64,000 bases of DNA from Nitrospirota bacterium (GCA_049325335.1 JBMOMC010000006.1:64001-128000), one strand, 5' to 3'. Shown: positions 8,439 to 18,558, counted from the first letter of the stretch. Numbers and translations: made by a program. Notes: generated by a model from the letters alone, not told the origin.

Positions 8439-11054
8439 TTGCCCGACAAGCCGATTCTCATATTTCCAGCCGCGACTGTCGAAGCGCGACGACCACTTCC
8501 ACAGGGTTTCACTCCACCTCGTACACGACCGACGCAAGCACAGCAACGTAGACGTCTGGCAGCTCGATTTCAGGCACTTTCACAGAGCTTTGGGGTCGTC
8601 CGTGCAGATACGACTGGCCTCGATCCCGAGCAGGTCGTTGTTTTCGAGGTCGCTGGCGCCATCGCTGACTTTCAGAATGTCGTTAGGCGACTCGGGGGAA
8701 TGGAGTGGCTTGGTGATTTTGAAGTCGAGATCGCCGAGCCACCTCCAGCATTTTTCGAACAGGGCGTGTCCGTAACGCCGCTGGCGGGTCGGCTGTTCGT
8801 TGTCGTCAGCAACCAAGCAAAGCTCAACGAGATCGTCCGGCTCTGGCGGCTCTGGTGCCGATCAAGCGACGAAAAGCTCCCTCGTAACTTTGGGAAGTTA
8901 GCCGAGGTCTTTAAGCACCTGAACGACGTGCGTCCATGGGGCGTACAAGATCGCCTTCGAGAGCGCCGCGCTCTCGATTGGTGGAGGGACTGCCTTGCAG
9001 CGAATAAGGCGACTATTCGCTTTGAGGTCGAACTCTGGTGCCGTCAGTCGGCGGAGAAACAAGCCGAGGCTTACCGACACCTTCAGGGTGTCGTTCAGGA
9101 GATTCATGGTCAGTGCGTCACGCAGGCTGCCATTTGGGAGATCGATTATCATGGTGTACTCGTCGATCTTCCAGCATCGGCGGTCCAGGCCACGATAGAT
9201 GCACTCAACGCTCAGGGAGATACCAAGCTTCTGCGTCTCACCGACATCAAGTATTTCTGTCCGATGGGGCAAGTCGTCATAGCCCATCCGACAGAGTCGG
9301 CACCAGGCGACTTCCCCCAACAGCCGCGACCAGGCGGTGATCCGATTGTTGGCCTGTTAGATGGCCTTCCCCTCGAAAACCATGCAGCACTCCAGGATCG
9401 TCTCATTATCGATGACCCAGATGGCTTTTCTTCTCGGTACGGCGCAGGGGAGCAACGTCACGGCACGGCGATGGCTTCTCTAATCGTGCACGGCGAACTG
9501 GATGGAAACGAGGATGCACTTCTCCGCCCCGTGTATACGCGACCAATCATGTATCCCGGCAGCCCCAATATTAACCACATCCGATGGGAGCAGTTACCCG
9601 AGGGCAACCTGCCAGTTGATCTCACTTTTCGCGCGGTACGACGGATGTTCGAGAGTGACGGGGTGACACCTGCAGTTGCGCCAACCGTCAAGGTCATCAA
9701 CTTCAGTATTGGTGACGCAAATCAGCTCTTCGATCGCGAAATGAGTCCATGGGCTCGCTTGCTGGATTGGCTGGCGTGGAAATATAAGGTGGTGTTTGTC
9801 GTCAGCGCGGGCAACCACCACGGGAACGTTACATTGGAAACGCCCGCAGATCAGTTGATGACACTCGGCGATGACACGCTGCGCGCCCAGACGCTGCGCG
9901 CGATGGCGCGGGATCAATTGCAGCGACGTCTGCTTGCTCCGTCGGAGTCCGTCAATGCGGTTACCGTGGGAGCCGTACATGCGGATCTTGGGCCGAATAG
10001 CCCGCCCCCGAGCCTTGTGGATCCTCTTCGGAATGCCCGCTATTGCAGCCCGATTTCCTCTGTCGCCGGTGGGTTCCGACGATCCGTCAAGCCGGATATC
10101 TTGGTTGCTGGAGGCCGTCAACATTATCGGATACAGATGACGACGCCGAGTGCGAATCCGGCCGTGCTTGAGGTGCCGGAAAATCACAGCCAGCTTGGCC
10201 AGCGCGTGGCCGCTCCGGGTGGCATAGCGATTCCCCCAAATCACACGACACGTGTATGCGGAACCAGCAACGCTGCGGCTTTGACCACGCGTCGAGGTGC
10301 CCAATTGTACGATCAGATTCACGCTCTGCGCACAGAGCCGGGCGGCGAAGTACTGACGGACGACCTCGTTTCGGTACTAATCAAAGCGCTGCTTGTTCAT
10401 GGAACATCATGGAACGACATGGAAGGCGTGATTGGTTCTGCTCTGGATCAAGGCGACAACGGAAATACCCGATGGAATCGGGTGAAGCGCGCCTGTACCC
10501 AGTTTCTTGGATATGGCGAGGCGGATTGGGTTCGAGGCAGCGTGTGTACCGATCAGCGAGTCATCATGCTTGGAGTCGGTCGTCTTGAGGCGGACCGAGC
10601 ACACGTTTACGAGGTGCCTCTTCCGCCAGCGCTGAGTGCCCAGCGTGTCGGCAGGCGCCTGACGGTCACCCTGGCTTGGCTGACGCCAATCAATACGCGT
10701 CATCGTTCATACCGCGTGGCCTCGCTATGGTTTGACCCGCCATGCGACGCATTACAGTTGGAGAGACGGGATGGTCACCACGACACAGTAAACCGGGGAA
10801 CCGTTCAACATGAGATCCTTGAAGGCGACCGAGCGGTGCCGATCACTGTCGGCGATACCGCTACGGTGCAGGTCAACTGCCGATCTGATGCTGGAACAAA
10901 GCTGCCTTCTCCGATTCCATACGCGCTCGCAGTAACCCTCGAGGTCTCACGTCCCCTCGCGGTGAGTGTGTACGACGAGGTGAGGGTCGCTCTGGATCGA
11001 ATCCGCACAGTATCACGTGTCCGTCCTCCCGTTCGCACAGGTGGTCGTGGGTAG
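8439..11054 (+). CDS. ietS: Cytoplasmic S8 (subtilisin-like) serine protease, IetS-like
   Basis: Triad LLDG / HGTAMASL / GTSNAAA, VSAGN oxyanion motif, no signal peptide; paired with AAA ATPase. Confidence 0.8.
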   Translation: MPDKPILIFPAATVEARRPLPQGFTPPRTRPTQAQQRRRLAARFQALSQSFGVVRADTTGLDPEQVVVFEVAGAIADFQNVVRRLGGMEWLGDFEVEIAEPPPAFFEQGVSVTPLAGRLFVVVSNQAKLNEIVRLWRLWCRSSDEKLPRNFGKLAEVFKHLNDVRPWGVQDRLRERRALDWWRDCLAANKATIRFEVELWCRQSAEKQAEAYRHLQGVVQEIHGQCVTQAAIWEIDYHGVLVDLPASAVQATIDALNAQGDTKLLRLTDIKYFCPMGQVVIAHPTESAPGDFPQQPRPGGDPIVGLLDGLPLENHAALQDRLIIDDPDGFSSRYGAGEQRHGTAMASLIVHGELDGNEDALLRPVYTRPIMYPGSPNINHIRWEQLPEGNLPVDLTFRAVRRMFESDGVTPAVAPTVKVINFSIGDANQLFDREMSPWARLLDWLAWKYKVVFVVSAGNHHGNVTLETPADQLMTLGDDTLRAQTLRAMARDQLQRRLLAPSESVNAVTVGAVHADLGPNSPPPSLVDPLRNARYCSPISSVAGGFRRSVKPDILVAGGRQHYRIQMTTPSANPAVLEVPENHSQLGQRVAAPGGIAIPPNHTTRVCGTSNAAALTTRRGAQLYDQIHALRTEPGGEVLTDDLVSVLIKALLVHGTSWNDMEGVIGSALDQGDNGNTRWNRVKRACTQFLGYGEADWVRGSVCTDQRVIMLGVGRLEADRAHVYEVPLPPALSAQRVGRRLTVTLAWLTPINTRHRSYRVASLWFDPPCDALQLERRDGHHDTVNRGTVQHEILEGDRAVPITVGDTATVQVNCRSDAGTKLPSPIPYALAVTLEVSRPLAVSVYDEVRVALDRIRTVSRVRPPVRTGGRG

Positions 11055-11117
11055 CAATGATTCGTCGCGTTGGTATTTGAGACGCTTGTTAATACTGCAC
11101 CAGTGACCTGCTAAGAC

Positions 11118-12752
11118 ATGGATAGACGCCAAAAACTCGAACTCACTTGGATCGGGAAGGAGAACCGGCCAAAACTGGAGCCGCGGATTCTGCTGGCGGA
11201 CCCGAAGACGTCTTACCACGCACCACACCGAGTCACCGACCGCGACTTGTTCGACAACCGCCTCATTTTCGGCGACAACCTGCTCGCCCTCAAAGCCCTC
11301 GAACAGGAATTTTCTGGCAAGATCAAGTGCATTTTTATTGACCCACCGTACAATACCGGTGCAGCGTTCGAGCACTATGATGACGGGGTGGAACATTCGA
11401 CCTGGCTGTCGCTGATGCGCGATCGGCTAGAAATCATCTGGCGGCTGTTGTCCGACGACGGTTCGCTGTGGATCACCATCGATGACAACGAGGCGCATTA
11501 CCTGAAGGTGTTGTGCGATGAGGTGTTTGGGCGGGCCAACTTCGTTGCCTCGATGGTTTGGGAAAAAGACAGCGGGCGCAAGAACGATACAGACGTTTCT
11601 TCGTCGCACGACTATGTACTACTTTTCGCTCGCAATAGAGAGATATGGCGTAAGACGCGGAATCTGTTGGAGCGCAGCGACGAGCAGCTTGACCGGTATC
11701 AGAATCCCGATAACGACCCTCGGGGGGCGTGGAGACAAGGAGCTGACGGTACGGCAAAGAGTGGGAGCGAAAGTCTGCGCTATCCCATTACATTACCTTC
11801 GGGTAGGGTAGTAACACCTCCCTCTGGTAATTTTTGGAGGTTCAGTCGAGAAACCTTTGAAACGGCGGTTGCGGAGAATCGCGTCTACTTTGGGAAGGAC
11901 GGCAATCGCCTGCCGATCATTAAGAAGTACCTCTCCGAGATTCAAACCGGTATTGTGCCCAAAACATGGTGGCCTGCCGACGAGGTCGGATCGAACCAAG
12001 AAGCCAGGCGAGATCATTTGAGGAAGCTGTTACCCGACATCGAACCCTTTGCCACGCCCAAGCCGGAGCGGCTGCTCAAACGAATCGTTGAGATTGCCAC
12101 CAATCCCGGTGACTTGGTCCTTGACTCATTCGCCGGTTCCGGCACCACCGGGGCCGTCGCCCACAAGATGGGTCGTCGCTGGATCATGGTGGAGCTTGGC
12201 GAGCACTGCCACACGCATATCATTCCGCGTCTGAAGAAGGTCATCGACGGAACCGACAAGGGGGGAATCACCGAGGCCGTGGGCTGGAAGGGCGGCGGTG
12301 GGTTTCGTTATTACCGGCTGGCGCCGTCGCTGCTGGAGCAGGACAAGTGGGGGAATTGGGTTATCAATAAGGCGTACAACTCGGCGATGCTGGCCGAGGC
12401 TGTCTGCAAGCTGGAGGGATTCACGTACGCGCCCAGCGACGCGGCCTACTGGCAGCACGGTCACTCCACCGAGTGCGATTTCATCTACGTCACCACGCAG
12501 AATCTGAACCACGACCAGCTCCAGCAGCTCAGCGACGAGGTCGGCCCCAATCGCACGCTGCTCGTGATGTGCACCGCCTTCCGCGCCAAGCCGGATCGGT
12601 TTCCCAACCTGACGATCAAGAAGATCCCCAAGACCGTGCTCTCCCGGTGTGAGTGGGGCAAGGACGATTACAGCCTGCGCGTGGAGAACCTGCCGAAGGC
12701 GCCGCCCCCGATGGGGCAGCAGGAGTTGGAATTGGACCGAGATAAGAGATAG
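11118..12752 (+). CDS. mod: Type III restriction-modification methyltransferase Mod
   Basis: KLELTWIGK N-terminus, IFIDPPYNTG, FATPKPE.LL, LDSFAGSGTTG. Confidence 0.92.
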   Translation: MDRRQKLELTWIGKENRPKLEPRILLADPKTSYHAPHRVTDRDLFDNRLIFGDNLLALKALEQEFSGKIKCIFIDPPYNTGAAFEHYDDGVEHSTWLSLMRDRLEIIWRLLSDDGSLWITIDDNEAHYLKVLCDEVFGRANFVASMVWEKDSGRKNDTDVSSSHDYVLLFARNREIWRKTRNLLERSDEQLDRYQNPDNDPRGAWRQGADGTAKSGSESLRYPITLPSGRVVTPPSGNFWRFSRETFETAVAENRVYFGKDGNRLPIIKKYLSEIQTGIVPKTWWPADEVGSNQEARRDHLRKLLPDIEPFATPKPERLLKRIVEIATNPGDLVLDSFAGSGTTGAVAHKMGRRWIMVELGEHCHTHIIPRLKKVIDGTDKGGITEAVGWKGGGGFRYYRLAPSLLEQDKWGNWVINKAYNSAMLAEAVCKLEGFTYAPSDAAYWQHGHSTECDFIYVTTQNLNHDQLQQLSDEVGPNRTLLVMCTAFRAKPDRFPNLTIKKIPKTVLSRCEWGKDDYSLRVENLPKAPPPMGQQELELDRDKR

Positions 12753-12759
12753 CGCGCGA

Positions 12760-12999
12760 ATGAAGCGACCTATGCGGGCGACGTTGTATCACCGGATTCG
12801 GGAGATTCTGGAATCGGCCCGGACCCGCGTGGCGCGGACGGTCAACACCACATCCTGGGACACGCCGACATCACAACAATCGGAGATCTGGTACGCACCG
12901 TGTACCGAATCCTGGAAGCCGGGCCGGCTTCACCCGAACTTCGTTTGGACCCATTTGGGCTGGCATCCGGCGCGCGCACCGCGAAAGCGCACGCCGTGA
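12760..12999 (+). pseudogene. Internally deleted DUF1016/YhcG-like remnant
   Basis: LYHRIREILESARTRVARTVNT resembles the DUF1016 N-terminus and WKPGRLHPNFVWTH a later LSWTH block; 79 aa, no nuclease domain; stop overlaps res start (GTGA). Confidence 0.6.
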
Positions 13000-15692
13000 A
13001 CCGCCACGTCAACGCCATTGCCGGTCGCTTGAGCCTGCGGCCCCCGCAGCGCCGTTCGCTGGAGATCCTCGACCGGATCACCGAGATCGCGCCGCCCAAG
13101 AAGGCCGTGGACCTGTCGTCGGCACTCGCCGCGATCCGCAGCGAGTTTCCGACCGTGACGGATTTCGAGCGGGAATTCCCGTCGCTCTGCTTCGCCCTGG
13201 CCACCGGCGTGGGCAAGACTCGGCTCATGGGCGCCTTCATCAGCTATTTGCACTTGGCGCATGGCATCAACCACTTCTTCGTGCTGGCGCCAAATCTCAC
13301 GATCTACAACAAGTTGATCACCGACTTTACGCCGAACACGCCCAAGTACGTGTTCAAAGGCATCGCCGAGTTCGCCACCGAACCGCCCCAGATCATCACC
13401 GGAGACAACTACGAGACCGGAATCGGCGTCCGTGAAGGACGACTGTTTGAGAGCGGCATCCACGTGAACATCTTCAACATCTCCAAGATCAATTCCGAGG
13501 TCCGCGGCGGCAAGTCCCCGCGCATCAAGCGCCTCTCGGAGTACATCGGCGAGAGCTACTTCGATTATCTCGCGGGCCTGGACGACCTGGTGCTGATCAT
13601 GGACGAATCGCATCGCTACCGGGCATCGGCCGGGGTGCGGGCGATCAACGAGCTGAAGCCGGTGTTGGGTCTGGAACTGACGGCCACGCCGGTCGTGGAA
13701 ACGGCCAAGGCCGCAGTGCGCTTCAAGAACGTGATCTATGACTACCCACTGGCGAACGCCATGGCCGACGGTTTCGTGAAAGAGCCGGCCGTGGTCACGC
13801 AGAAGAACTTCGACCCCAGACAGTTCACCCCACCGCAGATCGAGGAGATCAAGCTCCAGGACGGCGTGCGGCTGCACGAGAACACCAAGGTCGAACTGGA
13901 GACGTACGCCCGACAGACCGGGCAGCGGATCGTCAAGCCCTTCATGCTGATTATCGCGCGCGACACCACGCACGCCGGGCAACTGATGCAACTGATACAG
14001 TCCGCGAAATTCTTCGATGGGCGCTACAAGGACAAGGTCATCCAGGTGGACTCCAGCAGGACCGGCGCGGAAGAAGACGAGATGGTGCAGCGCCTGCTCG
14101 CGGTGGAGAGCCCTGATGAACCGACCGAGATCGTGATCCACGTCAACATGCTCAAGGAAGGGTGGGATGTCACGAACCTTTATACGATCGTCCCACTCCG
14201 GGCGGCCAATGCGCGCGTCCTGATCGAGCAGTCGATTGGTCGCGGATTGCGCCTGCCCTACGGCAAGCGAACCGGGGTGAGCGCGGTGGACCGGCTGAGC
14301 ATCGTGGCGCACGATCGCTTTCAGGAGATCATTGACGAGGCGAATCGGCCCGATTCAGTGATCCGTCTGGCGCAGGTGGTTCTGGATCCAGCGACGGATC
14401 TCCAGAAGACCCGAACCGTGATTGCGCAATCGAACGTGGCCGCGCAGATCGGCATGGCTCCGGCAACCCCGGGGGGTACGCTTCCCGCACCGGAAACAGT
14501 GGTCACTCCGCTGTTTACAACCGAGGCGGAGAAGAAGATCGCGCAGGCCGCGTATGAGGTGATCCGGCGATACGAACACCTTCCCGCGTCGACCGACCTG
14601 CTCAAACCGGACATCCAGGCAAGTCTCGTGAAAGAAGTCGCGGAGTACTTGACTCCCACCCAGCAGGCGCTGCCGGGCGTCACCGAGCCGGCCGATATTC
14701 CGGCCGTGGTCGCCAAGACCTTGCAGTTTGTCGTCCAGCAAACGATCGACATTCCTCGCATCCTCGTCGTCCCCAAGGGCGACGTGACCACGGGGTTTCA
14801 CCCGTTTACGCTGGGTTGCTCCGGCATCCGCTATCAGCCGGTTGAACGGGACTTGCTGATCCAGCATCTGCGAACGCACGCGCAGGAGACGTTAAGTTTC
14901 GGCGCCGGTCACCAACAGGAGCTGCGGCTCGAAGATTACCTGGTGCGAGGGCTCATCGACTTCGACGATGTCTCATACGACGAACACGCCGACCTGCTCT
15001 ACGACCTCGCCGGGCAACTGGTGGCACACCTGCGGTCGTATCTCTCGGAGGAGGACGCGCGAAACGTGTTGATCTACCATCAGCGGCAACTCGCCGCGTT
15101 CATCCACGCACAAATGCAGGCGCATCAGTGGGAGAAGGCGGCGGGATACGACGTCGTGGTGAGCAAAGGCTTTACCGAACTCAAACCCAGTGCCCATACG
15201 GTCCGGGACGGCGACCCGATTCATGATTTCCGCCAGACCGTGGAGGACAAGAGCCGGATCGCGCAATTGCTATTCGGCGGGTTCCAGCGCTGTCTGTATC
15301 GCGTCCAGAAGTTCCAATCCGACACCGAGCGCAAGCTCGCCGTGATCTTGGACCGTGAGGCGCTGAAGTGGTTCAGGCCTGTTCAAGGGCAGTTCCAGAT
15401 CATCTATAAACGGGGGGCGGACCAGCCCGAATACGTGCCGGATTTTGTGGCCGAAACGGCCACTGGAATCTATATGCTGGAGCCCAAAGCGCGGAGCGAA
15501 ATGACGGACGCCGATGTCCTGGCAAAAAGGGACGCCGCGGTCCAATGGTGCGCCCACGCATCGAATCACGCCCTCCAGAATGGCGGGAAGCCCTGGAAGT
15601 ACGCCCTCATTCCGCACGATGCGATTGCGGAGAACATGACGCTTGCGGGGTTGGTGAGCCAGTTCGCGATTATGCCTCAGGGGGCGATATAG
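12996..15692 (+). CDS. res: Type III restriction enzyme Res subunit (SF2 helicase + PD-(D/E)XK nuclease)
   Basis: LATGVGKT, MDESH, LTATP, LKEGWDV, EQSIGRGLR, C-terminal YVPDFV...LEPK. Confidence 0.92.
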   Translation: MNRHVNAIAGRLSLRPPQRRSLEILDRITEIAPPKKAVDLSSALAAIRSEFPTVTDFEREFPSLCFALATGVGKTRLMGAFISYLHLAHGINHFFVLAPNLTIYNKLITDFTPNTPKYVFKGIAEFATEPPQIITGDNYETGIGVREGRLFESGIHVNIFNISKINSEVRGGKSPRIKRLSEYIGESYFDYLAGLDDLVLIMDESHRYRASAGVRAINELKPVLGLELTATPVVETAKAAVRFKNVIYDYPLANAMADGFVKEPAVVTQKNFDPRQFTPPQIEEIKLQDGVRLHENTKVELETYARQTGQRIVKPFMLIIARDTTHAGQLMQLIQSAKFFDGRYKDKVIQVDSSRTGAEEDEMVQRLLAVESPDEPTEIVIHVNMLKEGWDVTNLYTIVPLRAANARVLIEQSIGRGLRLPYGKRTGVSAVDRLSIVAHDRFQEIIDEANRPDSVIRLAQVVLDPATDLQKTRTVIAQSNVAAQIGMAPATPGGTLPAPETVVTPLFTTEAEKKIAQAAYEVIRRYEHLPASTDLLKPDIQASLVKEVAEYLTPTQQALPGVTEPADIPAVVAKTLQFVVQQTIDIPRILVVPKGDVTTGFHPFTLGCSGIRYQPVERDLLIQHLRTHAQETLSFGAGHQQELRLEDYLVRGLIDFDDVSYDEHADLLYDLAGQLVAHLRSYLSEEDARNVLIYHQRQLAAFIHAQMQAHQWEKAAGYDVVVSKGFTELKPSAHTVRDGDPIHDFRQTVEDKSRIAQLLFGGFQRCLYRVQKFQSDTERKLAVILDREALKWFRPVQGQFQIIYKRGADQPEYVPDFVAETATGIYMLEPKARSEMTDADVLAKRDAAVQWCAHASNHALQNGGKPWKYALIPHDAIAENMTLAGLVSQFAIMPQGAI

Positions 15693-15727
15693 GCGGGTAG
15701 GGGCAGTATCCTCCAAGTTTGGTGATC

Positions 15728-16318
15728 TTAGCGGGGCCCCCGACGAAGGCTTATCCGCCGCCGTAATTGAAGTGCAACACCACTTAAATTCCGACGCGAT
15801 ACGAGCATTGGCAGAGAGACGCGATACTGCTCGCACGCCGCGTCATCGGGAATCTGATGTCTAGCGATATAGAGCAACGCTTCTCTGGGAAGTAGAAGGC
15901 ATCCTGAGAACCACGCTGCCTCATCTTCCTGTTTCTGGTCGTAGCTCCGCATCACCCAGGCTCCATCTTGCGAGATGACCAGCCGGCTTGCCTCATGGCC
16001 TATGAGAATATGTGCCAACTCGTGCATTTGATCGCTTGATTGTCGCCCGAAAGAATGTTTGGGATTGTAGACCACAATGTGTCGTCCAGCACTTTCAACC
16101 GTTACTGCTGACCAACCATCTGGATCTGCATTGAGAAGCTGGCGCTTGTGGGACGGTTCGAGCCCCTGGACATCATGTGGAGTAATCAGCTCAACTTTGA
16201 GGAATCGTGCCAGGTCCGGAGCAAACAATGGACCATGGGCCTGAACACCGAGTTCTCGCCGAACACCTACCGAGGTGCGCTCAGCCCAGATTTTGAATCC
16301 CCGGTCAAATGTCGCCAT
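15728..16318 (-). CDS. ImmA/IrrE (CapP-like) metallopeptidase
   Basis: HELAH zinc motif, QEDEAAWFSGCLLLP; overlaps the XRE gene end. Confidence 0.88.
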   Translation of the reverse strand: MATFDRGFKIWAERTSVGVRRELGVQAHGPLFAPDLARFLKVELITPHDVQGLEPSHKRQLLNADPDGWSAVTVESAGRHIVVYNPKHSFGRQSSDQMHELAHILIGHEASRLVISQDGAWVMRSYDQKQEDEAAWFSGCLLLPREALLYIARHQIPDDAACEQYRVSLPMLVSRRNLSGVALQLRRRISLRRGPR

Positions 16319-16691
16319 CTCGCAAATCTTGATCGGGTTGCGGCTGTGTCTCGGCAACCAGCGAAATCATCGAAACGAGGGCCTGCAGAGTCTCCTGCTT
16401 CGGCGCCCGGTCTGAACGAAGGTGTGCCGATACGTGGATTTTGGCCGGTCGACGTGCCTGCTCATCATGATGTTTGGCCTGTTCGACAGTAAATCCCATT
16501 AGTTCATTGGGATCAACTTGGAGCCACCTGCAGACCTTGGTGAAGGTGGCAATATCGGGCGTTCGGCCATTTTCAATCCGCATGAGCGTCGCCGGACTGA
16601 TCCCAATCTCGCCTGCGGTCTCGCGCAATCGTCGACTTCCCCGTTTTGCCTTGACGAAAGCCCCAAGGCCTTCCAACGTTCGTCTCGCCAT
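16305..16691 (-). CDS. XRE-family HTH transcriptional regulator (CapH/ImmR-like)
   Basis: LRETAGEIGISPATLMRIENGRTPDIATFTKVCRWL; ggagga RBS. Confidence 0.88.
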   Translation of the reverse strand: MARRTLEGLGAFVKAKRGSRRLRETAGEIGISPATLMRIENGRTPDIATFTKVCRWLQVDPNELMGFTVEQAKHHDEQARRPAKIHVSAHLRSDRAPKQETLQALVSMISLVAETQPQPDQDLRDGDI

Positions 16692-16727
16692 TACGCCATC
16701 CTCCTAGGCGTTTAACTAAAGAAACAT

Positions 16728-16782
16728 AACTCTACCTCTTGACAATCCGCAGTCTCCAACGGTAGAGTTTCACCTGTGAAAC
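16728..16782. promoter_or_regulatory. Promoter/operator region between divergent XRE and DUF2188 genes
   Basis: TTGACA 16739 - 18 nt - TAGAGT 16763; palindrome gtttcac-ct-gtgaaac 16767-16782; inverted repeat aactctacc 16728 / ggtagagtt 16761. Confidence 0.6.
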
Positions 16783-16867
16783 AGATCTCAATCAACAATA
16801 TACGTGATTCGGATGGTTTTGGGAAGGAATATTTTGGCGACCACGACCAGATGGAAAGGAGCACAAG

Positions 16868-17095
16868 ATGGCCAATCAGCACGTTGTGCGTCGGGGACAA
16901 GAGTGGGCGGTGAAAGGAGAGAAAACGAAACGGGACACATCGCACCATCAGACCCAAGCCGAGGCGATTGAGGCAGCGCGCGAAATCGCGAAACACCAAG
17001 GCGTGGAAGTAGTGATCCACGGCCGGGACGGGAAGATCCGCGATAAGGATTCCTATGGAAATGATCCCATGCCACCACGGGATCTGAAACACTAA
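16868..17095 (+). CDS. DUF2188 family small protein
   Basis: QHVV....WAVK.E......H.TQAEAI..AR.IA......VVIHGRDGKIR...SYGNDP.PP; aaggag RBS. Confidence 0.88.
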   Translation: MANQHVVRRGQEWAVKGEKTKRDTSHHQTQAEAIEAAREIAKHQGVEVVIHGRDGKIRDKDSYGNDPMPPRDLKH

Positions 17096-17134
17096 TCATG
17101 TCTGACTGCGGGATAAGCCACGGAGTGATCAAAG

Positions 17135-17554
17135 ATGCGATATAGCGACGAAGAATTAACCGCCATTTTTGATCGGGCGTCCGGTTATTGTCATCTCTGT
17201 CGAAAAAAGCTCGCATTCAAAAATTACGGCGTCCTGGGAGCAAGAGGCGCTTGGGAAGTTGATCACTCGCGGCCACGGGTTCGGGGAGGGTGTGACCTAG
17301 GAATCAATCTTTACCCAGCCTGCTGTGTATGTAATCGAAGCAAAGGGAGTGTTTCAACACGAACAGTGCGGGGTTGGAACGGGTACAGCAAGGCGCCTCT
17401 GTCGAACACCAGGCGCAAGCTCGAAAAAAGAAATAACGCAATTGTCGGTGGAGTCCTCGGAGGTCTTCTCGGATTAGTTGCCGGTCCCTTCGGGGCAGTT
17501 GCTGGTGCAGCAATCGGGGCAACACTTGGTCACGAGGCCAATCCCGACAGCTAA
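17135..17554 (+). CDS. HNH endonuclease with C-terminal glycine-zipper membrane segment
   Basis: CHLC...WEVDHSRP..RGG.D...NL.PAC..CNRSKG then GGVLGGLLGLVAGPFGAVAGAAIG. Confidence 0.8.
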   Translation: MRYSDEELTAIFDRASGYCHLCRKKLAFKNYGVLGARGAWEVDHSRPRVRGGCDLGINLYPACCVCNRSKGSVSTRTVRGWNGYSKAPLSNTRRKLEKRNNAIVGGVLGGLLGLVAGPFGAVAGAAIGATLGHEANPDS

Positions 17555-17566
17555 CGGAGGGGGACG

Positions 17567-17872
17567 ATGGCAAGGCAACCGAATACGAACGTACACGGGC
17601 AGCGATTTGATCAAACTGCGATAAATGCAGTTTGGGAGAAGGGGAATATCGTCCCTACGCATGACGTTTCGGTCTATCGGAAGGACGCCTGCGGAGCGTG
17701 GATTCAGAAATCGAGTTATGGGACGACGGGAGAGTATGGGTGGGAAATCGACCACATTCAGCCGGTTTCGAAAGACGGCGGGGATGCGTTGTCGAATCTT
17801 CAGCCGCTTCATTGGAAGAATAACCGGCATAAAGCTGACAATTACCCTAATTGGTCGTGTCTCGTCGGGTGA
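17567..17872 (+). CDS. Small HNH endonuclease
   Basis: RKDACGAWI....YG....GWEIDHIQPVSKDGGD.LSNLQPLHWKNNRHK. Confidence 0.85.
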   Translation: MARQPNTNVHGQRFDQTAINAVWEKGNIVPTHDVSVYRKDACGAWIQKSSYGTTGEYGWEIDHIQPVSKDGGDALSNLQPLHWKNNRHKADNYPNWSCLVG

Positions 17873-17877
17873 CTCCT

Positions 17878-18558
17878 ATGCGACCCTCCAAGCGTGTTTT
17901 GGTAAGCCCAATGTTTCGGGGAGCGGCAATCCTCGCCGTCCCCTTACTGGTCGCCTGCGCCTCCGTCCCCAAGGAGGTGGTGGAACTGTCCTACGTCGTG
18001 GGACACGATTTGGATGCTGTCCGCATCTCCTACCGAACGCTGATCCACACGCACTTCGACGACCTTCGCTCCCGCGCTAACGCCTTTCTTGAGGACCAGT
18101 GGGTACCCGCGTTTCTCTCGGACTTTGTCCAGCGTGGTCAGTTGGTCGAGAATGCAAGGGGGAGCGATCCAAGAGCCGTCTTAGAGGACGTCAGCATTTG
18201 GGCCGAGAGCGCAATGGAGGAAATCAACGACAAGCGACGGGTGCTGATCGAGCCCATCGATAGGGATGAGGCGTCATTGATGTCTTCGGTCGACGAAGCT
18301 TTTGATCGCCTGACGCGGGCTAATGCCACTATTACGGCGCACCTTAACAGTCTGCGCAAAGTCCAGGAGGTCCAAGACGAGGCCTTGAAGTCCCTACGCC
18401 TTCAGGACCTTCGTGAAGTGATCGATCAAAGGCTTGTGGCCGCGTCGGATGCAACTCAGAAAGCGATCGAGAAACTCGCCGAGGAACAGGAAGGTTTCGA
18501 GGGAGTGAAATCGCGTATCCAACGATCTCGGGGCACAGCCCCTGGAGGCGAGCAATGA
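17878..18558 (+). CDS. Putative lipoprotein, all-helical, unknown function
   Basis: Basic N-terminus, hydrophobic stretch and LLVAC lipobox-like motif; ATGA overlap with next gene. Confidence 0.6.
   Translation: MRPSKRVLVSPMFRGAAILAVPLLVACASVPKEVVELSYVVGHDLDAVRISYRTLIHTHFDDLRSRANAFLEDQWVPAFLSDFVQRGQLVENARGSDPRAVLEDVSIWAESAMEEINDKRRVLIEPIDRDEASLMSSVDEAFDRLTRANATITAHLNSLRKVQEVQDEALKSLRLQDLREVIDQRLVAASDATQKAIEKLAEEQEGFEGVKSRIQRSRGTAPGGEQ

Noticed and set aside
4454..15692. DISARM or BREX assignment for SNF2 + methylase
   Set aside because: No DrmA/DrmB/DrmC or PglZ/BrxC genes; Mod and Res motifs fit type III R-M
16767..16782. Chromosomal-type parS (GTTTCACGTGAAAC)
   Set aside because: Two extra central bases and overlap with a promoter next to an XRE gene favour an operator
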